Shown: positions 51,713 through 64,000 of the stretch, in pieces
How positions within the stretch are numbered: position 1 is the stretch's first letter
How the letters are laid out: every line of letters starts with the position of its first letter
Assembly (NCBI GenBank): GCA_040954595.2
Contig: CM082577.2
Location: 6,250,301 to 6,314,300, forward strand
Reading direction: 5' to 3'
Source: Balanoglossus misakiensis
Lineage: Eukaryota > Animalia > Hemichordata
Length of the DNA stretch: 64,000 bases
The notes under the pieces: model-generated
What the model was told of the DNA's origin: nothing
What the model saw: only the letters and a program-made list of their open reading frames with translations
The model's database searches: none
Made by a program: the position numbers and the translations under genes

Positions 51713-52447
51713 CTGGAAAAGAAAAGGAAACCGAGGGAACCTAATGGAATCAAAAGTTCATCTCAATGTACAAAGCAGGAGACAGGGCATCAAATGGGGG
51801 GAGAGGGCGTGAGAATATTAGAGGATATTATGCCGGTTTGTGTACAAACAATACGCACCCCATTAACCTTTGACAATTCAGGGTCTGCGTAGAATTTGAG
51901 GCAATTTAATCTTCCCAGACCTCTGGCAATTCACAGTGTGCCAGACATCATGTACCGTAATTGTTCTTTTATTTGGTATAGGTAGGGCCCTAAAATTCAA
52001 ACGATTGCAAGTATAAACATCTCTGTGGATTCTATACAATGGGGGTTTTACAGTACGCTTCTGGACTAGGTGAAAAGTCACCCATTGAAATGTTGATATG
52101 ACCCCCTAGGTGAATCAGTATGACCTCACAGCTTTCTGGGTCATGGTATCCCCCAGCAGTGAAAGCAATGGCGGAAGCGAGATATGATGTCATCAGGAAG
52201 GAGGGCGTCGGCACTGGGGCAAAGTTCAGGAAAATTTCCAGACTTGCTGCACACACGGAAATACAGCAGTATACAGCAGGAATTTCATTTTGAGAGATCA
52301 GCGAAAATCAAACAAATGTTAAAATTCTCATATCATTAACAACCTCTCCTAAATGCCTCCATTTTTAGATTTTTTCCGAATAAAACTTGCGATAAAAACA
52401 TTTCATAGGGCAACAGGTGGTCTGGATTGTACAGTTGAAATAATTAC

Positions 52448-52631
52448 CTGAAAAGCCGCAAACCACAGCAACCAATCCAGTCGGTAGTGGTAGGGCGAAA
52501 TCAAGCATGGCCGCCGTGTCACGTTGCCCGGTTTACACTTGAATTCGTATTCGAGCCACACGGTGCCGGCGCTGTCCGGCTGCGAGCTGTGCGTCCCCTG
52601 GAAGATCACTTCGGTTCTCTCCTTAGTGATG
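52448..52631 (-). CDS. LMF1: LMF1 exon 9 (184 nt)
   Basis: Encodes ITKERTEVIFQGT...EYEFKCKPG...ISPYHYRLDWLLWFAAFQ, an LMF C-terminal domain signature; AG/GT borders. Confidence 0.95.
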
Positions 52632-53465
52632 CTGTCGGAAAAAGGAAATGGAAAAAAAATAGGAGGTCGATCTAACAACACAGCTGGTGGTTCATGTAGT
52701 CGTTTATTTGCAGTTTGAGTTTGATCACTTCAGAACCAAAATTTTTATTTTTATTTTACTAATGTGAGGTGATAAATTCCGCAACAGATGTTAAAAGAAT
52801 AAATAGCACAGGAAATAATTCTACTTCTGCTATTTACACATATCATTGAATTCACCGCAGCAATGCGCCACATAAATGTCACACAATTATGTAAAAGCAT
52901 CTGTTACAGGCCGTATAGTCTTCCATCAAACATGTCTCATTCACACAGTTTATTTGCTCAAGTTAATCCAAAAATGTCCATTCTGGAATTTGCTTACTCA
53001 TCACAGGTATTCATTGTAAACCTTCTGAACTGTGGTGACTTAATGTGTAAAAGAGGCATTTTCTCTATGCCATGAAATTGTTAATTTAACCATTGGTCCA
53101 TAGCTGTGTGGTTCAATCCCATTGTTGTCACTAATGATGTGTTACCCAAGGGAAATAAGGGTGGGGGTGTGGCGGGGCTTAGAGCCCCATGGGCTGCATT
53201 TTTATATGCATTTTCATTTTACAGAATATCATCCAATTTTATTCCCGCTGCATTTAACCCTATAACCACTATGATTTGGCCCAAATCCAATGTTTTCTAT
53301 TCTGCCTACAATAACACTGTTTGTGATGCTTTCTACACCAATGTAGCCATGTTTATAACAAGCGCAACTTGAAGGCCAAAAACTGGCAGTGTGTCTTTCC
53401 AAGACGACACCATACAACTGACTGAAAAAAATGGCATCCACATTTGAATATTTGGCAGCACTCAC

Positions 53466-53619
53466 CTGCCAAAAGCACCGTACGTGTTGACAAGTCTGAG
53501 CGAATCGAAAGAGGTGTTCATCGCTTGTCTCGACGACATCAGGTTCTGTACGACAGGTATGCTGAGGTAGGCCAGCAACAGACCAATCGAAATATTCAGA
53601 ACTCTTCGGAGGTAAACAC
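53466..53619 (-). CDS. LMF1: LMF1 exon 8 (154 nt)
   Basis: Encodes VYLRRVLN...LSIPVVQNLMSSRQAMNTSFDSLRLVNTYGAFG; AG/GT borders in phase. Confidence 0.95.
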
Positions 53620-56600
53620 CTGGGGAAAAAAGGATAACCCAATGGGAAAGAAAGTTCAAAACTTGCATTTTCAAATTTTTTTATCTTGAGGTATCATATG
53701 TGTGTTATTATATTTTCGCATACAGTACAGTATCACTAGTCAACTAAAAAGAATTCCACTTTCCATCACTCTCCACAACTTTATTTAATCTGCGACAGAT
53801 CAGACAACCAAACTGCGGTGAAATTGGCAAGGCTTATGTTGGCATTAGATTTGAGTGCCTTTTACAGCCACATTGGAGACACCACTGATTAAATTCGAAA
53901 AGCCCCACTTTGCTGAAAACACAGGCAGCTTGACGCGGAAAGCGTTTCGCAATAAATAACATCTCAGCGGATATTACGTCCGGATTTGGAATACATATCC
54001 CTGTGATATATCCCACAAGATTACTGGGACCTATCAACTTCTTCAACACAGGCAACAAATTCTGAGTCTGCTGTAATGGTCATTGTATTAAAACAGAAGT
54101 TATCAGTGGCAGTTTAATAAAAAAAACATTGATTGGCATAAATTGGGAGAATTGGAAGATAACCATGTACTGTTTATACAGACGTTAGTTTTAATCAGAT
54201 TTCGTATTTGATGAAATCGATTGAATATGGTGATGATACTCAATATAATATCTCTTATTAATACAAATGTTTCTGAAAGAGCTCTCATCATGGCATAAAA
54301 AATCAGGATATTTTTTTCTCCTCTCCATACAACCATACCAACCCCTCCGAGAAACCCCTCTGACCAACTGTGCCAATGTGTTCAGCAGAAACTGTGATGA
54401 TTGTCCCCTCGCGACACCACCGAGGAAACACCAGTCGAGTTTCCATAGCAACACACCTCTGATAATGAAACCCCAAAACACGCCCGTCACAATCAAGCAC
54501 AAGTCACCATGTCATCCATAACAACAACATGTTTTGGTCTCAAAGATCAAAACGTCACGCGTTCAGGCTTCAAAGATCACATAACCAATTCATTTTATCT
54601 CCAAACTCCAAAACTTCGGTTTCCAAGAGGTCAGCGAGGCAGCAATCCAATTTCATTCACAAAATGAAATGACAAACAGAGATATTGCAGCACTTGACCA
54701 GCTCACTGGACAAATTTTGAGTTATCTCATTAAAAATCTACCTCTGTATACATTCCTTGATAACACTAAATCACGCATCCACCATTATGCACTGAATCCA
54801 ATCCAAACTCCGGGAATTAAATTTTGTGCTTCGTGAGATTCACACAATCATTATCATAAATCAATCCACAGGGTTCACTTGAACATTTGACTGTAGATTG
54901 TGTTCTTCCAGTGATACCAACATGAGTCAGGGATACAGGGAATTTACGAGAATTTGATCAAATTTTGTTTTCGTCCATATCTATGCATTAGTGGGATCTA
55001 GGTACAGTAAAGAACACGTCAGCCCACACTTCAATGAGATAAACTGATGTCCATCAGCTGAAACCTTGTAGATAAACATGACATTTTTCACTGAGGTGAT
55101 GGAACTGTTGACAATGTTCCAGCTAATATCTGCCTCAGCAGGGCAACATAAAAAAAATTTAAATATCTTTTGGTGCAAAATCGTAGTTACAACTTACACG
55201 TTTAAATACACTGTTCTGGAGCAAAGTAATAATTTGTTACGAGCAAATATTTTGTCTTATAGTAGACAGAACCAATCAGAGATGGGTGCTTCACAGGAAT
55301 ATATGCTTCACTTCAACTTGATTCAGTTTGTTGTCCCCCACTTAATTAATCATCTTTTCTACCCCCAAAGTCTTCCTGTTACACAAGAAGTCAAGTAATT
55401 GAGTAACAGCTGCTTGGGCTGAACTAGTTATAGGCCTGGTGTTGCCTGGCGACAAACCTATGTGTCTATGTCTGCTTTGTGCATATGTCGGTTGGGGGAC
55501 TGGGAACTGAAAAAAAAGCAATTTTTGATTTTAACCATTAAGAGTGGCCATGTATGCTAACGTTGATTAGCTTTAGCTTTGCCTGTCTGCAGAGTGGACC
55601 CTGTTTCGAAAAGCATATACTTTGGTCGTGAACTTTGCGTCATTGAAATTCAAAGGGTGTGATTCAATCACTATAAAAAAATGGCGTGTTGTGGTTTCAC
55701 ATCAGTGGAACTTAAAGCACAGACCATAAAGCACAACGGTTTCAGTTATTCCGAAGAAAGTAAAAAGATGGTAAACATTCAGGCAGATTTGGAACACTGG
55801 CATCATGTATTCTGATTCTCAGTTTTGTAATTGAAAAAATAAACGTCAACTCATACATTTCTTTGTCATAGTATAGGTTCATTCTTTCAATCGGAGAAAA
55901 GTCAGCGTACTTTTACAACCATTTGAGTTGAACTCCCTCTCTAATAGCCTATATTATTAAAAAAAAAACGCTGATATATTAAAATGTGTTTAAATAATTT
56001 GTCGTGACTGTTAAATGTACCGTTTCTGGGGCTTAAGTAAGATATCCCCATATACATCGATTTATCTTCACTGTCAAAGTAATGTCAGTGATTACATTCT
56101 TGATTTTTATCAAGCAACTGCTGCATGTATCACTGATGGAATTGGCAAATCATGCAAGAAGTCGCGGCGATATCATTCGTGATTTGTATCGTGTATCGTC
56201 AAATGCAATCACAGATTGCATTCATATTTAATTGGGATGTGCAGGCTTTGTCTGTCACAAGTTGACAAATTGAATAGTCTCGACACCAACCTGCTTACGT
56301 TTCACACCCATGGCAGTCAATCCATGGTCATACATTACACTGGTTATTAATCTCTCAGAAGATGGGGAACAGCAAATAAATAATCTGGTAGATAATAGTC
56401 CCATGACAAATAAAAGATGGTTCCATATGACATATGGAAACTACATCCTTCTGTGTCATTACAGGGAAAATCACCATGGAGAGATCTGAATCAAACTTGA
56501 TACATATCACTGCAGAATTCTGATCATTCATGATTGCAATAGTTACCATGGCAACTGTGAACACTCTGTCGACCAAAACATGATAAAATAGGAAAACAGA

Positions 56601-57399
56601 CAGCACATGAGTGGCTGTGCTATCTCTAAAACTAAGTAAGACTTCAGTGGACAAACGTTGTGTAATGCTTGATAAAATAAAAGCATACATATATCTTTAT
56701 GAAAAATGAACCATTTCCAACCAAATTTACTTCAGAATCTTCAATGTCTTAATAGCCGAGATTTCCATCAAGAAGTCTGTGTACTTTTTAATAGATTATG
56801 GTAATATCTTTTTTTTCAAAATCCTCATTTATAATTCTTTGGTTATCTGATAAAAGCACGATGGTCTGAGCTGAATTTAAGTCCTCTATATCTTCACTGG
56901 ATTATGGTGAACAATGTATTTTGTCAAATGTTGACATATTTGTGTCGAACGCTATTCACAATTTTTATGACATGGATTATGTTCGTCAAATGCACACTTT
57001 TATCATCAAGGATGTCGGCAGAAAGTTGTCGCCATGGAGATTTGTTCGTGTCGTCTTTACATGTCTTGCTTTCAGTACATGTAGACAGACTACTTTCATG
57101 ACTTCATGAAACCTTGGCGACCTCACATCCTGATCGTCTTTTGCGGACCAAACTTTACAATTAGCTGATTTATGGCCTCTAGAGGGCAGGCATCACCCTG
57201 TAAATTGCATCAGGCATACATGTATGATTCTAAAAGCTGTAATTTTTCATTAGGTTAAGATTATCCCCAAACGCTCTGCGTGGAGAATGAGTGTGTCCAC
57301 CTGCCATGTGAACAAAACCATACAGCTATACTTCCCAAAGTCAGAACAACGGAGTGTGTGTTTTTCTCCATGCACTAACTAGAGCATGTGTAATCTCAC

Positions 57400-57583
57400 C
57401 CCAAGTAGCCCTTGGTGCTGTTCCCGTTCTCTCTTCTCTCTGAATCTGCAAGACGCTTCGCTTGGCCCAGCCGGCTGCGTCTGAGAAGAGGAAGGCATAG
57501 AATTTGTCGTCCATGCAACACAGCGACGGTAGAATTGTCAGCCAGTTTAAGAAACTCAGGTTGCCACTGATGATCAGTATCAC
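57400..57583 (-). CDS. LMF1: LMF1 exon 7 (184 nt)
   Basis: Encodes VILIISGNLSFLNWLTILPSLCCMDD...PRATW; AG/GT borders. Confidence 0.95.
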
Positions 57584-57638
57584 CTGTTGGACAGAAGGGT
57601 GGGAAACATCATGGCAAGCTATTAATTAGAGCTTTTTG

Positions 57639-57860
57639 GAATGAATGAATGAATGAATGAATGAATGAATGAATGAATGAATGAATGAATGAATGGATGA
57701 ATGAATGAGGGAATGTATGAATGAATGAATGAATGAGGGAATGAATGAATAAATGAATGAATGAATAATTGAATGAATGAACGAATGAATGAATGGATGG
57801 ATGGATGAATGAATGAATGAATGAATGAACGAATGGATGGATTGATGACAGATATGGATG
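57639..57860. repeat. (TGAA)n/(TGGA)n compound microsatellite in LMF1 intron 6
   Basis: Read directly; about 220 bp, degenerating rightwards. Confidence 0.95.
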
Positions 57861-58129
57861 GAGGGATAGACAGATGTGTGGGTTGTAAACTGGTAGATAG
57901 GTAGAAGATTGGATGGATGTGGGTGGTTGACAAATAAATGCATTGATAGATGAGTGGAATTTATATTGCTGAGCCACTAAATGTCATAACACAAAGGTAG
58001 TAAGTATGTACATAATCAGTGATTTCTATGTGCAGACAACCCTATTCCTCAACACACTACACTACACATACCAGTTATGATGATTCCGTATGACATATGT
58101 GAAAAAAAAAAAAATATTCTACCACTAAC

Positions 58130-58300
58130 CTGAAAAAGTATTTGCAGCACCCCACCAGTGATGATAGCCGGTCGCCATGGTATCAGAAGTAGAAACGGTG
58201 CTACCAACTCAATAAAGTGATTGGTAAGTGTTTCAAATTTGTGAAAAATCTCTGGTTCTTGGTGCATGTAGTAACTCACTGGATTGGGGACCGGCTGAGT
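58130..58300 (-). CDS. LMF1: LMF1 exon 6 (171 nt)
   Basis: Encodes TQPVPNPVSYYMHQEPEIFHKFETLTNHFIELVAPF...LQILFQ; donor GTTAGT. Confidence 0.95.
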
Positions 58301-58467
58301 CTGTCATCATGAAAAAAAAATACGAGAAAAATATATTTGTCATGGAGACATTTTGTGAAGTATGTCATATTTTCATTATGATAATTCGGCCTGATGTAAT
58401 GACTTTCATATTTGATATTTGAGGGCTCAAAACATACGGAAAAGAGGTGTGGAAATACTTTGCTCAC

Positions 58468-58533
58468 CTCATAATGGTAATTCATACAAGTGAGATCCCG
58501 CCAGCACTGATCTCCACGTATCTTGATCAGACC
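58468..58533 (-). CDS. LMF1: LMF1 exon 5 (66 nt)
   Basis: Encodes GLIKIRGDQCWRDLTCMNYHYE; AG/GT borders. Confidence 0.95.
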
Positions 58534-58951
58534 CTGAAAAATCCAAAACACGTCAATTTAATACCAGTACTTAAACATATACACACATACTATGAATGAC
58601 TCTGACATGATTACTTTCACTACCACTGTGAACTATGGCCTTAATTGTCATAAAAATGACCTTTAATGATCTCTAACCCCTAATGTCTGATTTTTTTTTT
58701 CACACATCATGGCCTAATAACCCCTCAGACAGCCATTATTCATGTGATTTGTGCTCCAATGGCAATCATTTTGATCTGTTATATATTCGACCATCTTGAA
58801 ACTGAAAATTTAAACAGTTCGACAATTAACAACGTTGTTAATATGTCACAAATGTGAGTCCAAATACTGACATGAAATTACATGCAATGACATGTAGTTG
58901 TACCCATTCTGCCTTTTTTATCTAATATGCATCTCTGCTCAATTAACTTAC

Positions 58952-59100
58952 AGCGCCGAGCATGATTCTGAAGATGAGCCATCGATACCCGAGTATCGTA
59001 ACCAAGGGAGTCGGCGTCTTCCTTGGTATCTGTTTCCATGCCAACAGAGGACACATGAATATTGCCAGGAAACCCGTCTCCAAGAGCTGGGACTCCCAAC
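58952..59100 (-). CDS. LMF1: LMF1 exon 4 (149 nt)
   Basis: Encodes (G)WESQLLETGFLAIFMCPL...YRWLIFRIMLGA; AG/GT borders. Confidence 0.95.
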
Positions 59101-59747
59101 CTACACAGTGCAAGGAATGCAAATTTGTTCAGTAGAGGCAAATTTCTGAAAGTGATCTCCGATGATACCAGTTTTCGGCAAGTGTTATGGTAGATCATTT
59201 TTGTAGTGCAGAAGTCACGTGCTGCAGTTTTCTGTCCTACAGTTCATTGGTCAATCTACATCTTGGTGAGAACTGTAGCTACAGTATTATTTTCCTTATT
59301 AATTTTATTTTGGACTTAAATACTAGTAAAATGTCCACATAGTTAAGCCATGTAGTGTAGTATATACCATGACATTTCCTTATATCAATTGTATGTGTTT
59401 CTTTACTTTATTATTACACACGACAGAGGTTTCGCCCAAAATTAAATAGCGCCCCCAAGGGAATAACCTGCAATTTCTAGTAAACATAGCGCCCCCAACA
59501 TGGTTAACTGTAGCCTATCCCATGGCAAACTGTTCAGCTGTTTATTCTAATAAAAATATACCTCATGAATAATATCTGTGCATACGGCAAATCATTTACT
59601 TATATTTTTACCATATTAATTCTCTGTTCACTTCATTATTGTTTGTGTTGTCTCCAAATTGCCAACTGGTGAACAATGGACAATTTCTGCTGTAAACAGT
59701 GTGAAAATCAATTTTCTTACCACAAAGTCTGGATCAATTTTACTTAC

Positions 59748-59758
59748 CAAAGGAATAC
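59748..59758 (-). CDS. LMF1: LMF1 exon 3, 11-nt microexon
   Basis: Minus strand TTTTTTTACAG|GTATTCCTTTG|GTAAGT. Completes W-Y-S-F-G between exon 2 (phase 2) and exon 4 (phase 1). Confidence 0.92.
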
Positions 59759-61081
59759 CTGTAAAAAAAGTGCAGTCAAAATGTTGTTACTGTAAGTACT
59801 GTCATTTTTGGTTTGTACAGTACAAGTTTTGAAGCCCACATTAAATTTCAACCTTTCACCCCTCTTCCCTATCCATGGATCCAACCACATCTCTAGAAAC
59901 AATAGGCTGTACTATGTTGTGGTGGTGAAGGGTTTAAAAGGTGAATAATGTCCCAAACTGGTGGTCACATTTATAGAAATAGAAAATAAAAATAATATAA
60001 AGAGCTACAGTGAAGCTGAACCATAATCAGATTAAGTCTGAAGTGAACTGTGGGCACATAAATTCTACCCTACACACGCAATCATTTAAATTCCTGCTGG
60101 GTTGAGACTGGCAACATTTTATAACTTTTCCAACTGTTTCACAGAGACATAAGATTGACAAATTATATGTCGGATTTAAATTCTCTTACTATAAGTAAAT
60201 TTTAACAAATATGCTTCATTAGTTAAAAAAACTGAGAGTTGACATTTTAGATTTCGCTGATCCTTTTCTCGCTTCTAATCACTGACTTATGCTACTAAAT
60301 TTGTGACTTGTAATTTGACCCGCGGCGACAAGCCAAGACCTTTGCATGGTAACCTAGGTATCGCCAAGAGACAATGATTTACCATTTTCCACTCGGTGTT
60401 GATTCAACATTAAGCATGCTGGATAAATCACGGCCCTCTCATAAATTTCCAGCACGTGGGGCGTCAATCATGATTTTTGGGCTAGCAATATTTCACAGGG
60501 GATGGTAAATTGTCTGGAGTTGTTACGTTTCATGAAGGGACGTCAAATTGTAATCTCTAGTTGGGGTTTTTATCACACTATGTCTTGAAGAGACAATGTG
60601 GAGAGATGTAAATCACACAGTTGAACTGATAGGAATGACAGAAAAAAAATCTTACAGAAAGGTTGAGGCACTTTCTGGTTGGTATGAAATCTTTTTGTAC
60701 ACAATGCACTTATAACATTCCCGTGTGTGCCCTCAACGTTTCAGTAACGTTCAGTTGGCAAGTCAGCGAAACCTAGTTTAACCATACAACAGCTGTGCTG
60801 GCCCTGTCCTTAACATAGGGGCCGTCATTGAACAGCAGGGAACCAGACTAGTCTAGCAAACTAAGGGCTATGAGAGAGTCTAGCTACATATATACCCATG
60901 CAATCCCACACCAAGTTATTTGCACATAATCCCAATTGATCTCAGGGTGGATGTGTATTTCGAGCCTATAAAGAAGTCATTCCTGCCTTCTTTTGGTTCT
61001 TTACACCAAAAACCTAGCTGTTTTGATGTCATAATTAACTATCAGCCATTAAAAGATGTATTCATGGTGTAGTCCACTTAC

Positions 61082-61388
61082 CATCGCTGTCCTACATTGA
61101 CCAAAGAGTGATACAGTATCCACAGCAGCGTCATGACAACCATATTGCTGCATCCGCAGACGGTTACCAAGAGGGACAGCGCAAGGCCGGTCGTTGCTAT
61201 GGCGTCCAGGAAGAAGTCAATTTCGCCGACGTCCGTGAACCACAGCACGGTGGGCACGACGCGCAGACAGTAATGGATGTCATTGTTGAAGTGATCCTTC
61301 AGCTGTTTCAAGTACACGTCCACCGGCAGGAGGCCGTCTTTCCCGAGGAGAGCTCGGTTTTGGTGAAGCGCCACCAGGAAAGCTACAG
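61082..61388 (-). CDS. LMF1: LMF1 exon 2 (307 nt); exon 1 not found in window
   Basis: Encodes VAFLVALHQNRALLGKDGLLP...LWILYHSLVNVGQRW; acceptor CTTTTCCAG|, donor |GTAAGT. Confidence 0.95.
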
Positions 61389-64000
61389 CTGGAAAAGAGG
61401 GAAAAAGGAATGGCAGTGAATTGATTACTTCTTCCGTTGCAAGAATGTAAATCATGGTAGTGTGCCACGCATGACACTTGGGATGAAGTCCGGCAAAGCC
61501 CCCGCTACAGGTGATACATGTATTTGTAATGTTGGTGTCAGATTTGACATTGCAAATGTCATTTGTGCAGTTGCGAGAGACTGCTCGCTCTTACCCACGG
61601 TCAATTCTGTTTGTAGAAAGGCCATGTGCCAACCATTATAGTACACACGTTATACATAAGGTGGTTGATCATAAAAATAAATTTTGCTAAATAAGATGCT
61701 TATGTGCTCTTTCTGGGACTTTCTACAGGGACTTGACCACTTCTCAAGTATTCCATCATGAGATACATGCAGGAATATTGTGTAGTTGTGTTGTGTATGA
61801 TTGATTTGACATACAAGCTAGTCACAACACACAAGTCTGAGGGGCACCTTGACTACTATTATGGGATAACAGCAAATAATTATTGACATTGAGATTCTAT
61901 GGAAAAAAAAATCCTGTGCAACTCTGCGTCAATCCTGAATTGTTCCAAAACTGTGTGCACTGCCAGATCTTTATGATAAGGTAGCATCTTTGTTTTGAGA
62001 AAAACCAAAGCAGGACAAATTTTGAAGTGCTCGTGCGTGGAGACTGTTCAACCGTGCACACATAATAAAACTGTCAACAGTATAGTTTTAGGTATCTCTA
62101 ACACACAGTGCTTCAGCAGATGTGAGGGCCGACATCTTTGGTACAGTCTTCCCATGATGCACTTCATACAGAACATGATAGACATAGTCTACCCATAATG
62201 CAACTGCAATGGACAACAAAACACTACCGAACAAGAATAAATGTGCATATACAAATTTATACAAAAGAAATAAAAACACACGCTGCTTACTTTTTTAAAT
62301 TTCACAAGATCATCACTTGTGTGTGTATATAACTGATGCCAGCACCGATCAATCATCAACCAGAAGTATCATTAACTGGAACATGTCAAAAACCTAATCA
62401 TTTGAATCCACCATGATAATTAAAGCTGTTACAAGAGTTACATCATTCAGTTATAAACAAAGATACGTGTTACAGTCGTCTGTGGTGCAAATTTATGGAT
62501 TTGCGCACAAAGTCTAAGGAGCTCTGAATTGATATGTTTGCTGTAGGTACTCAGTAAGCTTGTCAGGGCAAATGGCTCTTCAAGTTGGCTGTCGCCAGTG
62601 GAGTGGCAAAAAACCTGAGAATTTCCCGGCCACAAACGTGTAGGTTTTTTTGTGGCGTCGCAGCTATCTGCAATGACCATCTAACGAACTGAACTCCGCC
62701 CAGTACAACTGCAGGTGTGCGGTCGAGAGAGAGAAAGAAAAAAAATGTAGCAACAGACAAAACTGATGATGTTGCCATGCCGACGTCAACCCCAATGAGC
62801 AATGTTCGTGCAGACAGACCAGAGTACCTCATTACACTCTACAAACATTTAAAACACACATCAAAATGAAATACTAGTTAGGGCCGGGTTTTCTAATTAA
62901 TGAGAGTGCGTGATGAGTGAGCAAACAGGAGCTTGATCCCCCTCTACAACACATGTGCAGACCCCAATCTGACATTATCGATCTCCTATACCGTGAATTT
63001 GTTTGTCTATTAGGCGTGTTGCCATGGTACAGTTGCTATTTTTTAGAGCACGGAAGAAAAATGGAGGTGCCCATGACAGGTGGTGGATGTCGTACGAGTC
63101 GTGTGTGTTGGGAGGGACCTGGTGTGAAAAGGATCAGCTTTGAATGCACTGATAACTTATGCCACTCGTGGTAATAACTCACGTATCCACATCAAAATTT
63201 CAGTCCCCATCTCTGAATGATCAAGATCACTTGGATGCAGGTACCATGACAATGAGCTTCAACATGATATGCTTTCTGCAATCTGAGCAGTTTTTTCTTC
63301 TCTCTTTCCTATGTTATACTTGAATCATACAGTAATCCCACTTTCAAAAGTTTTGTTTTTACACCAAACTGTTATGAAAAAAAGGCCACTTTTCACAATT
63401 TTGTGTGCTCAAAATAAAAAATGAAGTTTTCAAAACATCCGACAGAAAGAGCTGTCGACGTTGTCAAAACTGCATGACTGATCAATGAACATGATTGAAA
63501 TCATACATGTAGCATATACTGTGGGAAAAACTAGCATAACCATGGTGATTTATCATGCCTCTAATCACCACTTGTCAATCAAACTCCTCAAGGTCTGTCC
63601 ATCACACTTCACAGCCACCCAATTCTTCAAGTGCTTGGCGCTGGGTGTGACTGACAGACTGACCATTAAAATGTCATGACACGATATCGACTCACTCAGT
63701 CGCCTCCTTAACCTGAATTTGATGGTCCAGCCTCATCAATTACAGATGCTTTGACTGACAGCCAGACTGCACTGGCCTCGTTTTGTCACAGTGAAAATTG
63801 GACGTCTCTGCTCTTTCTGTATACATGTCGTGGATTGATTTCTGATATTTTCTGAATACGGTTTCTGATTCACAGGTGCCACAATCAATGTTGCAGACCC
63901 AGGGTGATTATACAAATAATAAATAATACACCATGTACTACAGTATGAGTTTCATTCTGAATACAGCTCCTGTGGAGGTAATCACAAGGTTTAAGTTGCA

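Noticed and set aside
57609-57977. HSFI-repeat ORFs on the minus strand
   Set aside because: Translations of the intronic (TTCA)n microsatellite.
59446-59502. Direct repeat ATAGCGCCCCCAA x2 in LMF1 intron 3
   Set aside because: Only two short copies, not an array; probably a repeat fragment. CRISPR or other prokaryotic interpretations do not apply to this intron-rich animal sequence.
61389-64000. Search for LMF1 exon 1 (expected FWLTR-like motif)
   Set aside because: No convincing match; the candidate near 63696-63775 does not translate to LMF1-like sequence. Exon 1 probably lies beyond the window.

Overview
Eukaryotic, AT-rich, intron-containing genomic DNA from an invertebrate animal. A marine bilaterian is likely, but the taxon cannot be fixed from sequence alone. 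Three blocks are present. (1) 1-3375 (+): the last seven coding exons of an FG-GAP/beta-propeller, FAM234-like gene, probably including a GC-AG intron. (2) ~5.9-48.1 kb (+): a tandem array of four inward-rectifier K+ channel (Kir/KCNJ family) ORFs, here Kir-a to Kir-d, each uninterrupted by introns. (3) 50122-61388 (-): coding exons 2-11 of lipase maturation factor 1 (LMF1), including an 11-nt microexon; I did not find exon 1 in the window. The most unusual feature is the Kir architecture. Every complete Kir ORF is bracketed by a splice acceptor 65-185 nt before the ATG and a splice donor only 3-30 nt after the stop, so each channel looks like a whole-ORF cassette exon. There are several candidate alternative first exons and one strong orphan terminal-exon candidate at 45724. 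Kir-b also carries 154 consecutive codons ending in G/C. All splice calls were made by eye and have no transcript support.
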